From positions 21,090 to 85,089 of the forward strand of contig CANNHN010000004.1 in NCBI GenBank assembly GCA_947504725.1: a stretch of 64,000 bases of DNA, read 5' to 3'. Within the stretch, counting starts at the first letter, position 1. Each line of letters starts with the position of its first letter. A program made the position numbers and the translations under genes. Of this stretch, positions 27,815-38,221 are shown piece by piece. Under the pieces are notes generated by a model, which worked only from the letters and a program-made list of their open reading frames with translations, did not search any database and was not told where the DNA came from. The DNA is from Bacteroidota bacterium (lineage in GTDB: Bacteria > Bacteroidota > Bacteroidia > 2-12-FULL-35-15).

Positions 27815-29368
27815 CTAAATTTTAATTTCATCCTCATTTTTATTCAGGAAATGGTATTCCATAAAAGTATAAGATGAAACAGCCCGTACTTTGAATTTAC
27901 GGCCATATTTTTTCCCCCATTTACCTTTTAACGATGAGAAAAATCCTTTTGTGATAAAAGCTTCAACATAAGGATGTACACAAAGTGTCACATCTTTTTC
28001 GTTTTGTTCTTTTAAAATATAACGCAAATTGTTTTCAATCTGATCTATCAAAATAATGCTAGCTTGAATTTCACCGCTTCCGTTACATGTGGGGCATTTT
28101 TCTACAGTTACAATATTCATCTCTGGACGAACACGTTGACGAGTAATTTGGATAAGTCCGAATTTACTTGGAGGAAGTATATTGTGCTTCGCTCTGTCTT
28201 TCGCCATTTCATCACGAATTTTTTCGTAAAGTAATTTGCGATTTTCGGCTGAATGTAAATCGATAAAATCGACTACGATAATTCCGCCCATATCGCGCAA
28301 GCGTAACTGACGAGCAACTTCAACGGCTGCTTCTAAGTTTACTTCCAGCGCATTTGATTCTTGTGAATTGTCTGATTTTGCACGATTACCGCTGTTTACG
28401 TCAATTACGTGTAAAGCTTCTGTATGTTCTACAATTAAGTAACCACCACTTTTCATGGTCACTGTTTTTCCAAACAGTCCTTTGATTTGTCTATCAACTC
28501 CAAAATTATCGAAGATAGGAGTTGTGCCTTTGTAAAGTTTTAAGATACTTTCTTTATCAGGAGCAATTGCATGTAAATACGTTTTTGTTTCGTCATACAA
28601 TGCTTGGTCGTTTACGTGAATGCTGTTGAAACTTGCATTTAGCAAATCGCGCAATATTGCAGATGTTCGATCTAATTCTCCTAATACTTTTTGTGGTGGT
28701 TGTGCTGTTTTTAATGCTTCAAAACAGATGTCCCACTTTTTAACCAAGTCGTTTAAATCCGTATCTAAATCTGCTACACTTTTTCCTTCAGCAACGGTAC
28801 GGATGATCACACCAAAGTTTTTTGGTTTGATGCTCGCGATGAGTTTTTTTAAACGTGTTTTCTCATCGTTGGTTTTAATTTTTTGAGAAACGGATATTTT
28901 ATCTGAAAATGGAATCAGAACTAAATAGCGTCCTGCTAAAGAAATTTCGGTAGTGATTCTTGGACCTTTTGTAGAAATAGGTTCCTTGGCAATCTGAATT
29001 AAGATTTGCTGATTGGAATTAATGATGGTTCCAATTTTGCCATCTTTAGGAATATCATTTTCAAACTTAAAATACATTAAGTTGGAAGTAGTTTGTTTCC
29101 CTGTTTGCACCAATTTGGTGTACTTCCCGAATGATGCGGCCTGAGGCCCCAAATCCAGGTAATGCAAAAATGCATCTTTTTCGTATCCAACATCCACGAA
29201 GGCAGCATTTAAACCAGGCATCACTTTTTTAACGCGTCCTAGGTAAATGTCACCTACTGAAAAGTTATTGTTGCTTTTTTCTCGATTAAGTTCTACTAAT
29301 CGTTTGTCATTTAATAATGCAATAACAACTTCTGAGGGTTTGGAATCAATGATTAATTCGCTGTTCAC
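27815..29368 (-). CDS. Rne/Rng-family ribonuclease (RNase E/G)
   Basis: S1 domain AAFVDVG, VIDVNSG, RQLRLRDMGGIIVVDFID, CPTCNGSG. Confidence 0.96.
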   Translation of the reverse strand: MNSELIIDSKPSEVVIALLNDKRLVELNREKSNNNFSVGDIYLGRVKKVMPGLNAAFVDVGYEKDAFLHYLDLGPQAASFGKYTKLVQTGKQTTSNLMYFKFENDIPKDGKIGTIINSNQQILIQIAKEPISTKGPRITTEISLAGRYLVLIPFSDKISVSQKIKTNDEKTRLKKLIASIKPKNFGVIIRTVAEGKSVADLDTDLNDLVKKWDICFEALKTAQPPQKVLGELDRTSAILRDLLNASFNSIHVNDQALYDETKTYLHAIAPDKESILKLYKGTTPIFDNFGVDRQIKGLFGKTVTMKSGGYLIVEHTEALHVIDVNSGNRAKSDNSQESNALEVNLEAAVEVARQLRLRDMGGIIVVDFIDLHSAENRKLLYEKIRDEMAKDRAKHNILPPSKFGLIQITRQRVRPEMNIVTVEKCPTCNGSGEIQASIILIDQIENNLRYILKEQNEKDVTLCVHPYVEAFITKGFFSSLKGKWGKKYGRKFKVRAVSSYTFMEYHFLNKNEDEIKI

Positions 29369-29584
29369 TCTAAAGTTTTTAAATAATACAATATCCGCAG
29401 CACTCCTCTATTGGGAGCCTGTGGACTTTTTTAATAAGTTGATTGAGCTTAATTTCTCCCGAATTTATCGGAACGAAAAGAAAACAAACAGACGTGTGCT
29501 AATAAACAGAATAGAAAATTGAATTTCTATTCTGTAAAATGACGCTGCTAATCACACAATTAAAAATAATCCCCCGAGGAGGAA

Positions 29585-29674
29585 TTATTTTTTCTTATGT
29601 CTGTTTTTTCTCAAACGCTTTTTGCGTTTGTGAGTAGCCATTTTATGTCTTTTTCTTTTTTTACCGCTTGGCAT
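29585..29674 (-). CDS. 30S ribosomal protein bS22 (AURKAIP1/COX24-like basic peptide), 29 aa
   Basis: MPSGKKRKRHKMATHKRKKRLRKNRHKKK*; below the ORF-track length cut-off. Confidence 0.88.
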   Translation of the reverse strand: MPSGKKRKRHKMATHKRKKRLRKNRHKKK

Positions 29675-29708
29675 GACTTAAAAATTTAATGTTTATAAAA
29701 TCTGTTTA

Positions 29709-30557
29709 CTATTTGTGACCAGGAGTTTCCTCAGTGGTTAATTTATTTATATAATCTTGTACTTCTGCTTTGATTGTTACGTCATCTACTAACGAAACAT
29801 ATTTTTTTAAACTCTCAATTGCTTTTGCTTTATCCCCCTTTTGTTGATATGCATCCGCTAAATGCAAATAGGCCTCAATAAAATCAGGTTGAATCTTCAA
29901 CACTTTTTCAAATCGTGCAATCGCTTTATCCCATTGTCCTGATCGTTCCGAAAAAAATGCAAAATTCAATTGCAAGTTTATATTGTTCGAATCTGTCTTT
30001 TCAATCTCTCTCAACATTCCAATTCCTTTCATCGGATCTGGACTGCCTTCTACATAACACGAAGCTAAATTAATTTTCGCTTCCACGTTTTTAGGATTCA
30101 ATTCTAACACATGACCAAAACAATCAATTGCTTTGTTGAATAAAAGCGGACGAGCTGCTTCTTCTACAAAACGGGTAGCGGCATAATAACGATTCGCTGC
30201 TTCCATCCAATTGCTTTCAGTAGGAGAAGCTGCTGCTGCTAGCTCCATATAATAAGCTGCAACCGAAGGGTTTCTCAAACTGTCCCACATGCTAATCATG
30301 TTTTCGAAAGCTAGTTTTTTATCGGGTGAAGATTTGATGGCTTCCTCCAATTTTTGAACTGCTGTTTTTTCGTTAGCTCCCAAACTGTTAATTGCAGCTT
30401 GTACCATGTTGGTAAATTCTGCACTTCCGGAATGGTTGTGTTCTGCTACTGGGGCTTCTTCTTTTTTAGGAAGAAGTTTTGTGTTTGCAAATAATAAAAG
30501 AACGATAAGTAATAATGCACCTGAAATGACTGCTATTTGAGTTTTATTCAGTTTCAT
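29709..30557 (-). CDS. Membrane-anchored tetratricopeptide repeat protein
   Basis: N-terminal TM segment and several TPR-like repeats. Confidence 0.85.
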   Translation of the reverse strand: MKLNKTQIAVISGALLLIVLLLFANTKLLPKKEEAPVAEHNHSGSAEFTNMVQAAINSLGANEKTAVQKLEEAIKSSPDKKLAFENMISMWDSLRNPSVAAYYMELAAAASPTESNWMEAANRYYAATRFVEEAARPLLFNKAIDCFGHVLELNPKNVEAKINLASCYVEGSPDPMKGIGMLREIEKTDSNNINLQLNFAFFSERSGQWDKAIARFEKVLKIQPDFIEAYLHLADAYQQKGDKAKAIESLKKYVSLVDDVTIKAEVQDYINKLTTEETPGHK

Positions 30558-30628
30558 TTTTTTATTAATGATTTAGGAATTATGATTTAGGATTTATTAT
30601 TAATCCTAAACCCCGCAATCCTAAATGT

Positions 30629-30928
30629 TTATGCTGGTATTTCTTTTTTAACGTTTTTCTTTACTTTCTCAGCAAAAGTCTTAGCCGGTTTAAATGCCGG
30701 AATGTAATGAGCTGGGATAATAATAGTTGTGTTCTTAGAAATGTTTCTTCCTGTTTTTTCAGCTCGTCTTTTTACGATGAAACTTCCAAATCCTCTCAAA
30801 TAAACATTTTCTCCACTCACCATTGAGTTTCTAACCGATTTCATAAATGCTTCTACGCTTGCCTGAACTGCTACTTTTTCAATTCCTGTTTTTTCTGCAA
30901 TGTCGTTAATGATGTCTGCCTTTGTCAT
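30629..30928 (-). CDS. HU/IHF-family DNA-binding protein
   Basis: MTKADII, VYLRGFGSF, RAEKTGRN, PAFKP. Confidence 0.95.
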   Translation of the reverse strand: MTKADIINDIAEKTGIEKVAVQASVEAFMKSVRNSMVSGENVYLRGFGSFIVKRRAEKTGRNISKNTTIIIPAHYIPAFKPAKTFAEKVKKNVKKEIPA

Positions 30929-31070
30929 ACTTCTATAAACTATTTATAATCAAACAATTAATACAATAATAATTTTTCGGGAGGCAAAGATAGTATTTTA
31001 ATATTCAAACAAAAATTTAAATCGTATTTTCGAGCTACTTTTGATTAAAATCGAGCAGTAAAGCCCTAAA

Positions 31071-32123
31071 ATGAAGCATTTTTCTACAAAAATAATTACT
31101 TGGTACAATCAAAATAAGCGTGATTTACCCTGGCGGAATACAAAAGATGCTTATTTAATATGGCTTTCGGAGATTATTTTGCAACAAACCCGTGTAGAAC
31201 AAGGAATGGCATACTATTTAAAGTTTGCAGAGCATTTTCCTACCGTAAAACATCTGGCTCAGGCTGATAATGATAAGGTGATGAAACTCTGGCAAGGATT
31301 AGGTTATTATTCCCGTGCTCGAAATTTGCATACAACTGCTAAAACCATTTATACTATTTATAAAGGTAAATTTCCTGATTCCCATGAAGAGATTCTTACT
31401 CTAAAAGGTGTTGGAGATTATACCGCAGCAGCAATCGCTTCTTTTGCGTTTAATAAACCACATGCTGTAGTGGATGGAAATGTATATCGTGTGCTTTCAA
31501 GAATATTTGGAATTGAAACTCCGATTGATAGTTCTGTAGGTAAAAAGGAGTTTTATAAATTAGCCAACGAACTCATCGATATAAAAAATCCTGGTCTTCA
31601 CAACCAAGCTATAATGGAATTTGGTTCCATGCAATGCAAACCCGTGAATCCCGATTGTTCGGTTTGTCCCTTAAACACCAATTGTTACGCTTTCGCGAAG
31701 AAGGTGGTTGCCGATTTGCCGATTAAGGAAAAGAAAACGAAAGTGCGAAACCGTTATTTTAATTATATGGTATTTCGTAACAAAGGAACAATTGCCATTC
31801 ATAAACGCACAGCAAAAGACATTTGGATTAATCTCCACGATTTTCCATTGATTGAAACGACTAATGAATTATCCGAAGAGCAATTGATTAAATCGCCTGA
31901 ATGGAAAAAAATGTTGGGCAAAACAAAGTATTCGATCAAATCGATTTCCACTTCTTACAAACATATTTTGAGTCATCAAAAAATTTTTGCGCGATTTATA
32001 GAAATTGATTGCAAAGAATCGCTAAAAACATTTTTACCGAATGACATTCTTATTATAAAGGAAAGTGAAATTCAAAAATATGCTGTTCCGAGGTTGGTGG
32101 AGTTGTATTTAGAAAGATTGTAG
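31071..32123 (+). CDS. mutY: A/G-specific adenine glycosylase
   Basis: RDLPWR, SEIILQQT, GLGYYSRARN, HhH LKGVGDYTA, VDGNV, 4Fe-4S CxxxxxxCxxCxxxxxC. Confidence 0.97.
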   Translation: MKHFSTKIITWYNQNKRDLPWRNTKDAYLIWLSEIILQQTRVEQGMAYYLKFAEHFPTVKHLAQADNDKVMKLWQGLGYYSRARNLHTTAKTIYTIYKGKFPDSHEEILTLKGVGDYTAAAIASFAFNKPHAVVDGNVYRVLSRIFGIETPIDSSVGKKEFYKLANELIDIKNPGLHNQAIMEFGSMQCKPVNPDCSVCPLNTNCYAFAKKVVADLPIKEKKTKVRNRYFNYMVFRNKGTIAIHKRTAKDIWINLHDFPLIETTNELSEEQLIKSPEWKKMLGKTKYSIKSISTSYKHILSHQKIFARFIEIDCKESLKTFLPNDILIIKESEIQKYAVPRLVELYLERL

Positions 32124-32145
32124 TATCCAGGATAATTTTTAGAGC

Positions 32146-32312
32146 TGTCATTTCGAGTATCCCTTCCAAATGCTTTTTAGAATATCCTCTCGACCGAAGT
32201 GGAGAGAACTAACCAATTATAAATTTGACTATAAATAATGTTGGTAAGGTTTCTCGCCCTTCGATAGTGTCTGCTTCAACGCAGAATGCTCAGGGTGACA
32301 GCTCGAAATGAC
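32146..32312. repeat. REP-like nested palindromic element (TGTCATTTCGAG...CTCGAAATGAC)
   Basis: Terminal inverted repeat with internal palindromic sub-units; related ends at 40082-40210. Confidence 0.7.
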
Positions 32313-32385
32313 TTACTACAATGATTTCGTCTTTGGATTTAAAACGATTTTTTCTTATATTTGTTAAATAGATAAATTTTCAAAA

Positions 32386-32790
32386 ATGGCAGGCGTTAAT
32401 AAAGTAATATTGGTTGGTAATTTGGGTAAAGACCCTGAAGTTCGACACTTAGAAGGTGGTACCGCTGTTGCAAGTTTTTCTATTGCAACTACAGAAGTGT
32501 ATAAAGATAAAACAGGTGCGCGTCAGGAACAAACCGAATGGCATAATATAGTTGTATGGAGAGGGCTTGCAGAAATTGCAGAGAAGTATTTAAAAAAGGG
32601 AATGACGATATACATAGAAGGAAAACTGAGAACGCGTTCTTGGGATGATAAAGAAGGTCATAAACGTTATTCGACTGAAGTGGTGGGCGACACGTTTACG
32701 ATTTTAAGTAAAAAAGAAAATCAGTCGACTGGAAACAATGAGCAAAGCGACAATTCTGGCCCTAAAACAGCCGATGATTTACCATTTTAA
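32386..32790 (+). CDS. ssb: Single-stranded DNA-binding protein
   Basis: [20 protein letters not shown]-terminal DDLPF. Confidence 0.97.
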   Translation: MAGVNKVILVGNLGKDPEVRHLEGGTAVASFSIATTEVYKDKTGARQEQTEWHNIVVWRGLAEIAEKYLKKGMTIYIEGKLRTRSWDDKEGHKRYSTEVVGDTFTILSKKENQSTGNNEQSDNSGPKTADDLPF

Positions 32791-32850
32791 TGTGTTTGTT
32801 TACAAAGCACTATCTTTGCGTTTATATAAGTTTAACTAATACCAAAAATT

Positions 32851-34203
32851 TTGGCCGTCACGAGTACCAGTCTCCTTTTTAATCCTTCGCTTTTAAGCAT
32901 TGTTGTAAATCCTTTTTCCTTTAGCATTTTACTGGCAGTTATCATCATGTTTGTTTTATTGCTGATTGTTGCATTGGTTTCTGCTGCCGAATCAGCTTTT
33001 TTCTCTCTAACTCCAAACGATATGGATGAATTAAAAACATCCGATTCTAAATCCGACCAAAAAATTCTTGAACTTATTGAAGCTCCTAAGCGATTGTTAG
33101 CAACGGTTTTAATAAGTATTAACTTTATTAATATTGCTATAGTTATAATAAATGCTTCTTTTATTTTTGGTGCCGAAGGGTGGTTTGATTTTCCTGGTAG
33201 TCCAACCTTAGGTTTCCTCATCCAAGTAATTGCTGTTACCTTTTTGATTTTATTGATAGGTGAAGTGACTCCTAAAATTTATGCTACTCAAAATCCATTG
33301 AAAGTATCTCGTAAGCTTATTTATTTTGTACTCGTTTTGCAACGAATTTTTTATCCTATTAGCTCATTTTTAATTTTTACAACTTCTTTGTTGGATAAAT
33401 TAATTAAACCCAAATCGCATAATATTTCAGTAGATGAATTGTCTCAAGCTTTGGATTTAACTTCTGATGAGGACATTCCTGTAGAAGATCACAAGATTTT
33501 AAAAGGGATTGTTAAATTTGGAAATACTGATGTGAAACAAATTATGCAATCGCGCACACATGTAACTGCATTTGAATATAAAATTGGTTACACAAAACTG
33601 TTGGCAGACATAACAGCTTTTGGTTTTTCTCGGGTTCCTATTTATAAAGATACATTGGATAATATAGCAGGTGTGCTTTATACAAAAGATTTGTTGCAAT
33701 ATATTAATGAGAAGGATAGTTTTAATTGGCAAGCAATTGTTCGTCCACCATTTTTTGTTCCTGAGAATAAAAAGATAGATGATTTATTGCGAGAATTTCA
33801 ACATGAAAAAATTCACCTAGCTGTTGTTGTAGATGAATACGGTGGTACATCTGGAATTGTTACTTTAGAAGATGTAATTGAAGAAATTGTAGGAGAAATT
33901 AATGACGAATTTGATGACGATGATTTGGTTTATTCCAAATTAGACAATAATAATTTCGTATTTGAAGGGAAAGCAGCCTTAAATGATGTTGCCAGAATTT
34001 TGGAAATTGACCGTGTCGATTTTGAAGAATCAAAAGGGGAGTCGGATAGTTTAGCTGGATTGATTATTGAAGTTGAAAGAAGAATCCCTACTAAAAATGA
34101 AAAAATTGTGTTTAAAAATTTAACCTTTACAATTGAATCGGCTGATAACAGGAAAATAAAACGCGTAAAAATTACAATTGAAAGACCGAACGATGAAGAA
34201 TAA
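32851..34203 (+). CDS. gldE: Gliding motility-associated GldE (CNNM/CBS/CorC domains)
   Basis: SAAESAFFSL, GEVTPK, FSRVP, VVVDEYGGTSGIVTLEDVIEEIVG; mutY-ssb-gldE-gldD synteny. Confidence 0.88.
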   Translation: MAVTSTSLLFNPSLLSIVVNPFSFSILLAVIIMFVLLLIVALVSAAESAFFSLTPNDMDELKTSDSKSDQKILELIEAPKRLLATVLISINFINIAIVIINASFIFGAEGWFDFPGSPTLGFLIQVIAVTFLILLIGEVTPKIYATQNPLKVSRKLIYFVLVLQRIFYPISSFLIFTTSLLDKLIKPKSHNISVDELSQALDLTSDEDIPVEDHKILKGIVKFGNTDVKQIMQSRTHVTAFEYKIGYTKLLADITAFGFSRVPIYKDTLDNIAGVLYTKDLLQYINEKDSFNWQAIVRPPFFVPENKKIDDLLREFQHEKIHLAVVVDEYGGTSGIVTLEDVIEEIVGEINDEFDDDDLVYSKLDNNNFVFEGKAALNDVARILEIDRVDFEESKGESDSLAGLIIEVERRIPTKNEKIVFKNLTFTIESADNRKIKRVKITIERPNDEE

Positions 34204-34843
34204 AGTATCAAGTATCAGGTATCAAGTATCAGGCATTTTTGTCTTGATACTTTTGTCTTGCATCTTGTTCCCTGCTTGCGGAGGCGATGATGATGAAACC
34301 ATTGCTCCGAAACCAAGAGCATATTTTCGATTAGCGCTTCCTGAAAAAAAATATATTTCCTACGATTCTGTTTGTCCGTTCACATGTGAAATTCCTGCTT
34401 ACACAAAAATGGAAAACGATAAAAATTATCGTGCTGAGCCGTGTTGGTTAAATCTTGAGTTTACTTCTTTGAATGGAACGCTTCACTTAACGTATCATCC
34501 ATTAAATGGCGATATCAATGAATATTTGGATGAAACCAATGAGCTTGCTTCTAAACATCAGATAAAGGCTTCGGGGATAGAAGAGAAGCTAGTTTCAAAA
34601 GATTCAAGTAAAGTTTACGGATTAATTTATGAGATTGGTGGAAATGCCGCTTCATCTATCCAGTTTTTTTTAACAGATAGCACCAACCATTTTTTAAGAG
34701 GCGCATTGTATTTTAATGTTGCGCCTAATACGGATTCTATCTCGCCTGTAATTGATTTTGTTAGAAAAGATATCTATCACTTGATAGAAACATTTGAATG
34801 GAAACAGGCCACAAAAACTATTTCCTTACCACCTTCAAAATAA
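34193..34843 (+). CDS. gldD: Gliding motility lipoprotein GldD
   Basis: Lipobox FPAC, PKPRAYFRLALP, GNAASSIQFFLTDSTNHFLRGALYF. Confidence 0.92.
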   Translation: MKNKVSSIRYQVSGIFVLILLSCILFPACGGDDDETIAPKPRAYFRLALPEKKYISYDSVCPFTCEIPAYTKMENDKNYRAEPCWLNLEFTSLNGTLHLTYHPLNGDINEYLDETNELASKHQIKASGIEEKLVSKDSSKVYGLIYEIGGNAASSIQFFLTDSTNHFLRGALYFNVAPNTDSISPVIDFVRKDIYHLIETFEWKQATKTISLPPSK

Positions 34844-35768
34844 TTAAAAATTGCAAAGCGTAAGCAAAGCATGCCAGCAATAAGTGAATAGGTTGTAATG
34901 CTGCGGGCAATGCAAAGCGGTTTAAGATAATTCCTGCTAATAATTCTGCAATTAAAATTAGCCCTAAGGTTTTCGATAATTTTTTCAAAGTATCTGTCGC
35001 ACCACTTTTTACAATTTTATAAATCATAAAAAGATTGACCAGCATTATTGCAATAGAAAAACTCCTGTGTACCTTAAAAGAGATCCCAAGGTTTTCAACA
35101 ATATCGCCCCTGAAATTGGCGTCAAAATTCTTCAGTAAAACATCTACTTCTTCACGAACTTGTGTGCCCAACATTATTTGAACGATGGTGAAAAAGAAAA
35201 CAATAGCACTTAATTGTATGATTACTGGTTGAGCTTTTTTTTCAGAACTAACAGAAATTAATTTTTTAGCACGATAAATAATTGCAACGGCAACAGCTAG
35301 TATCAGTAAAGCCATCACCATATGAATCGTAATTTTCATCGGAGCTAAATTGCTACTAACGACTTTTGCTCCCAACCAACCTTGAAATCCAATCATAAAA
35401 AAAGACAATGCCGACATTACAAAAATGCGATTGTCGTATTTTCTGATTTTTATGGATAATAACAGTTGGATAAAAACAAATACTCCTAAAATTGCGCCTG
35501 CTAATCTGTTTAAATATTCAGTCCATGTATTTAAAGCATTGAATTCTGCAACTGCATGGTGTTCGCCTGCATACAATTCTTTATAGTTGGAAGGTAATTG
35601 AGAAACATCGGTTGGTGGGACCCAAGAACCGAAACATTTTGGCCAATCCGGACAGCCCATTCCGGAGCCCGTAGCACGTACTACTGAACCTGCTATGATT
35701 ACAATGAAAATTAATATCAATGTAATTTGTGCAATCAGAATAAAACGATGTATGCTTTTTGGTTCCAT
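34818..35768 (-). CDS. COX15/CtaA-family heme A synthase
   Basis: VRATGSGMGCPDWPKC, EYLNR, QGWLG, conserved TM histidines. Confidence 0.88.
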   Translation of the reverse strand: MEPKSIHRFILIAQITLILIFIVIIAGSVVRATGSGMGCPDWPKCFGSWVPPTDVSQLPSNYKELYAGEHHAVAEFNALNTWTEYLNRLAGAILGVFVFIQLLLSIKIRKYDNRIFVMSALSFFMIGFQGWLGAKVVSSNLAPMKITIHMVMALLILAVAVAIIYRAKKLISVSSEKKAQPVIIQLSAIVFFFTIVQIMLGTQVREEVDVLLKNFDANFRGDIVENLGISFKVHRSFSIAIMLVNLFMIYKIVKSGATDTLKKLSKTLGLILIAELLAGIILNRFALPAALQPIHLLLACFAYALQFLIILKVVRK

Positions 35769-35784
35769 AAAATTTCAAATCCAT

Positions 35785-35809
35785 TGTCATCCTGAACGGA
35801 GTCGAAGGA
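35785..35809 (+). repeat. Single REP-like unit
   Basis: TGTCATCCTGAACGGAGTCGAAGGA. Confidence 0.55.
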
Positions 35810-35963
35810 CAAAATTACTAAATGTTTAGGCTCGCGCTATGATTATTGTCATTAAGTTAGATTAACCTATCATTTAGAATCATTTACCTCTATTCAAAAA
35901 GGTTACAACAATAATTAAGTAACGCCAATTGTTTTACACCTATAAACTAAAAACAATATCCCC

Positions 35964-36611
35964 ATGAACAAGATAATTCTAATTGCTTTGCTTCTTCCAG
36001 TGATGGGCATAGCGCAAGAACAGCTCGATAAAGAAAGTGGTTATTTTCAATTAGGAGTTAGAAATGTGATGAGTACATTTAGTGAAGACGGAGCCAATGG
36101 TTTTGGTATGGGAGGTCAATTTCGTATCAGAGTGTTGAATAGAATAAATACCGATTGGTATGCCGATTTTATCACTACAGATATCGGTGGATTGGCAAAA
36201 AGAGAAGATGTGCACATAGGTTGGTCGGTTTTAGCTTATCCTTTTAATTACCATACAACAAAAGGAAAAATTACACCCTACATTTTAGCTGGTCATTGTT
36301 TTGATTATTCTAAAGTGACTAGTAATAAAGATGGTTTTTACTTAGATAAATTAAGTAGTGCCGTTCAGTTAGGATTGGGTGCACATTATAACATTACTGA
36401 TAGAACGGATATTTCGTTGACTGCACAATATATGATGCATATGGGAAAAGACATTCATGCACACATTGCAGATCATGACGGTAATAAGCATGTGCACATT
36501 GAAAAAACTCAAGTGCGAGGCATCGAAGGTCATATGCTTATAAATCTTAGTTTAAATGTTCGGTTATTCGATATGTGGGATCAACATCATAAAAGAAAGA
36601 AAACTGCTTAA
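35964..36611 (+). CDS. Putative small outer-membrane beta-barrel protein with a His-rich loop
   Basis: Signal peptide; strand pattern; HMGKDIHAHIADHDGNKHVH. Confidence 0.7.
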   Translation: MNKIILIALLLPVMGIAQEQLDKESGYFQLGVRNVMSTFSEDGANGFGMGGQFRIRVLNRINTDWYADFITTDIGGLAKREDVHIGWSVLAYPFNYHTTKGKITPYILAGHCFDYSKVTSNKDGFYLDKLSSAVQLGLGAHYNITDRTDISLTAQYMMHMGKDIHAHIADHDGNKHVHIEKTQVRGIEGHMLINLSLNVRLFDMWDQHHKRKKTA

Positions 36612-36658
36612 TTTTTTTCTTAACTCAATTGCTAACGAATTTTTTTAAAATAGAAATT

Positions 36659-37294
36659 ATGAAAACGAAGAATCTAATTTTAGTATTTGTATGTTTTTAT
36701 AGTGTTGTTTTTGCTCAGCAAGAAAATACTCAATACATACACAAACATTTGATGCGTGCTACAGCTTCAGTTGTTGCTGGATCTTTATTCAAAGAAGGAA
36801 TGAAAACTGTTCATATAGATGGAAGTGCTGAATATTATTTGGATAATAAAATATCTGTACGAGGTTCTGCTAGTTATATGTTAGGGAGTTCTGGAATAAC
36901 AAAAGACTCAATGGGTTTGAAAGATTTTCATTCCATCTATTTAGGAGCTGCGTATCATTTTCCAACAAAAGGACATTTCGATCCGTATTTTATTTTTCAA
37001 CCAGGATTGGCTTATACTTCTTCTTATAAAAGTGGCCCTCCTCTGTTGACAGCAGAAGAAGAACAAGTCAGAAAGTTCTATCCAGGAACAGTGAGTCCGA
37101 TTGCTACAGCGGGTGTTGGGTTCAATTATTACTTTCAACGATTTGCTCATTTGTTTGTGGAAACTCGATATGTATATGGAATGCATTTGTCTCAAGCTCC
37201 TAGTCCTATTTCTTTGCAAGAGTTGAGAGTTACATTCGGACTTGGCTTCAATTTGTTTATAATAAAAGAAAAGAAAAAAATCCCTACTGCCTAA
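36659..37294 (+). CDS. Putative small outer-membrane beta-barrel protein
   Basis: Signal peptide VFA-Q; YLGAAYHF, GVGFNYYF, VTFGLGFN strands. Confidence 0.7.
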   Translation: MKTKNLILVFVCFYSVVFAQQENTQYIHKHLMRATASVVAGSLFKEGMKTVHIDGSAEYYLDNKISVRGSASYMLGSSGITKDSMGLKDFHSIYLGAAYHFPTKGHFDPYFIFQPGLAYTSSYKSGPPLLTAEEEQVRKFYPGTVSPIATAGVGFNYYFQRFAHLFVETRYVYGMHLSQAPSPISLQELRVTFGLGFNLFIIKEKKKIPTA

Positions 37295-37298
37295 AAAA

Positions 37299-37348
37299 AT
37301 CGATTCCGTTTTTGTGAAAGAACTATCACAGAAACGGAATCGGATTTT
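37299..37348. terminator. Bidirectional terminator-like hairpin between convergent genes
   Basis: CGATTCCGTTTTTGTGA...TCACAGAAACGGAATCG flanked by A- and T-tracts. Confidence 0.7.
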
Positions 37349-37360
37349 TATAAAAATTAA

Positions 37361-38158
37361 TTACTCAAACAAATCGTATTCTTCAATTTCTTTTTTCTTT
37401 GCATTGCTCGCAGCATCTCTTTCTTTGCGGTCGTCAATTTTATTTTGTTTACGGTTCATTTCCCATTTGTATTCTTTTGTAGTGATGACTACAACACCGC
37501 CAGTGCAATCGCCATAAGAAGCTGGAACACCACCTGTTAATATTTCCATTCCTGCAATTCCCATTCCAGGTACATCTGGAACGTCCATCGTTCTGTTTCC
37601 ATCTACGTAGTAGATAGTGCTTCCTCTTCTGGAACCTCTAACGTAAATATCTTTTCCATCAGGCGTTGCTAATACGCCAGGAGTAACCATTGTAATTAAT
37701 CCGATAATATCAGTTTTGCCAACTGCAGCATTTTCGATTTGATCAATTGAAATTGATGTAAGGGCCGTAAATTCAGGATCAACTACTGGCTGTCTAAATT
37801 TTTCTGAAACAATAACAGTTCCTAAATTTGTAGCAGACAAAACCATATTTACATTTAAATACGTTGTTTTGTTTGGGCGAATAATTACTTTTTCTCGCAA
37901 GTGAATGTTGTAACTTGTTGCATATACTTTTACGTTGTATTTGCCTGCAGTGATATCTTTAAATGTAAATTCTCCATTTTCATCCGCTTGTTTACTAGCT
38001 ATCAGTGTTGAGTCTTGTAAAATAGCTATTTGCGTAAAAGGTAATGGCAAACTTCTTTCATCTAGAACAGTTCCTTTAATTGTTCCTTCGCTTTGTGCGA
38101 AAATGTTACCTGAAAGCATCAATGCACTCAAGATTAAAATTGATTTTAGAGTCTTCAT
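37361..38158 (-). CDS. Secreted protein with carboxypeptidase-regulatory-like domain and TonB-receptor plug-like domain (no barrel)
   Basis: Signal peptide; GTIKGTVLD..ADENGEF; VRGSR..YYVDG; EILTGGVPASYGDCTGGVVVITTK; ends soon after the plug. Confidence 0.8.
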   Translation of the reverse strand: MKTLKSILILSALMLSGNIFAQSEGTIKGTVLDERSLPLPFTQIAILQDSTLIASKQADENGEFTFKDITAGKYNVKVYATSYNIHLREKVIIRPNKTTYLNVNMVLSATNLGTVIVSEKFRQPVVDPEFTALTSISIDQIENAAVGKTDIIGLITMVTPGVLATPDGKDIYVRGSRRGSTIYYVDGNRTMDVPDVPGMGIAGMEILTGGVPASYGDCTGGVVVITTKEYKWEMNRKQNKIDDRKERDAASNAKKKEIEEYDLFE

Positions 38159-38221
38159 ATGTTTAAGTTTTAAAAGGTTTATGTATTTTGATGTTGCGCT
38201 TTTTTGCTCTGTTTGCTGATA

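Noticed and set aside
35870-35892. Fur-box-like TTTAGAATCATT upstream of the barrel genes
   Set aside because: Only a half-site in AT-rich DNA; not supportable without a motif scan.
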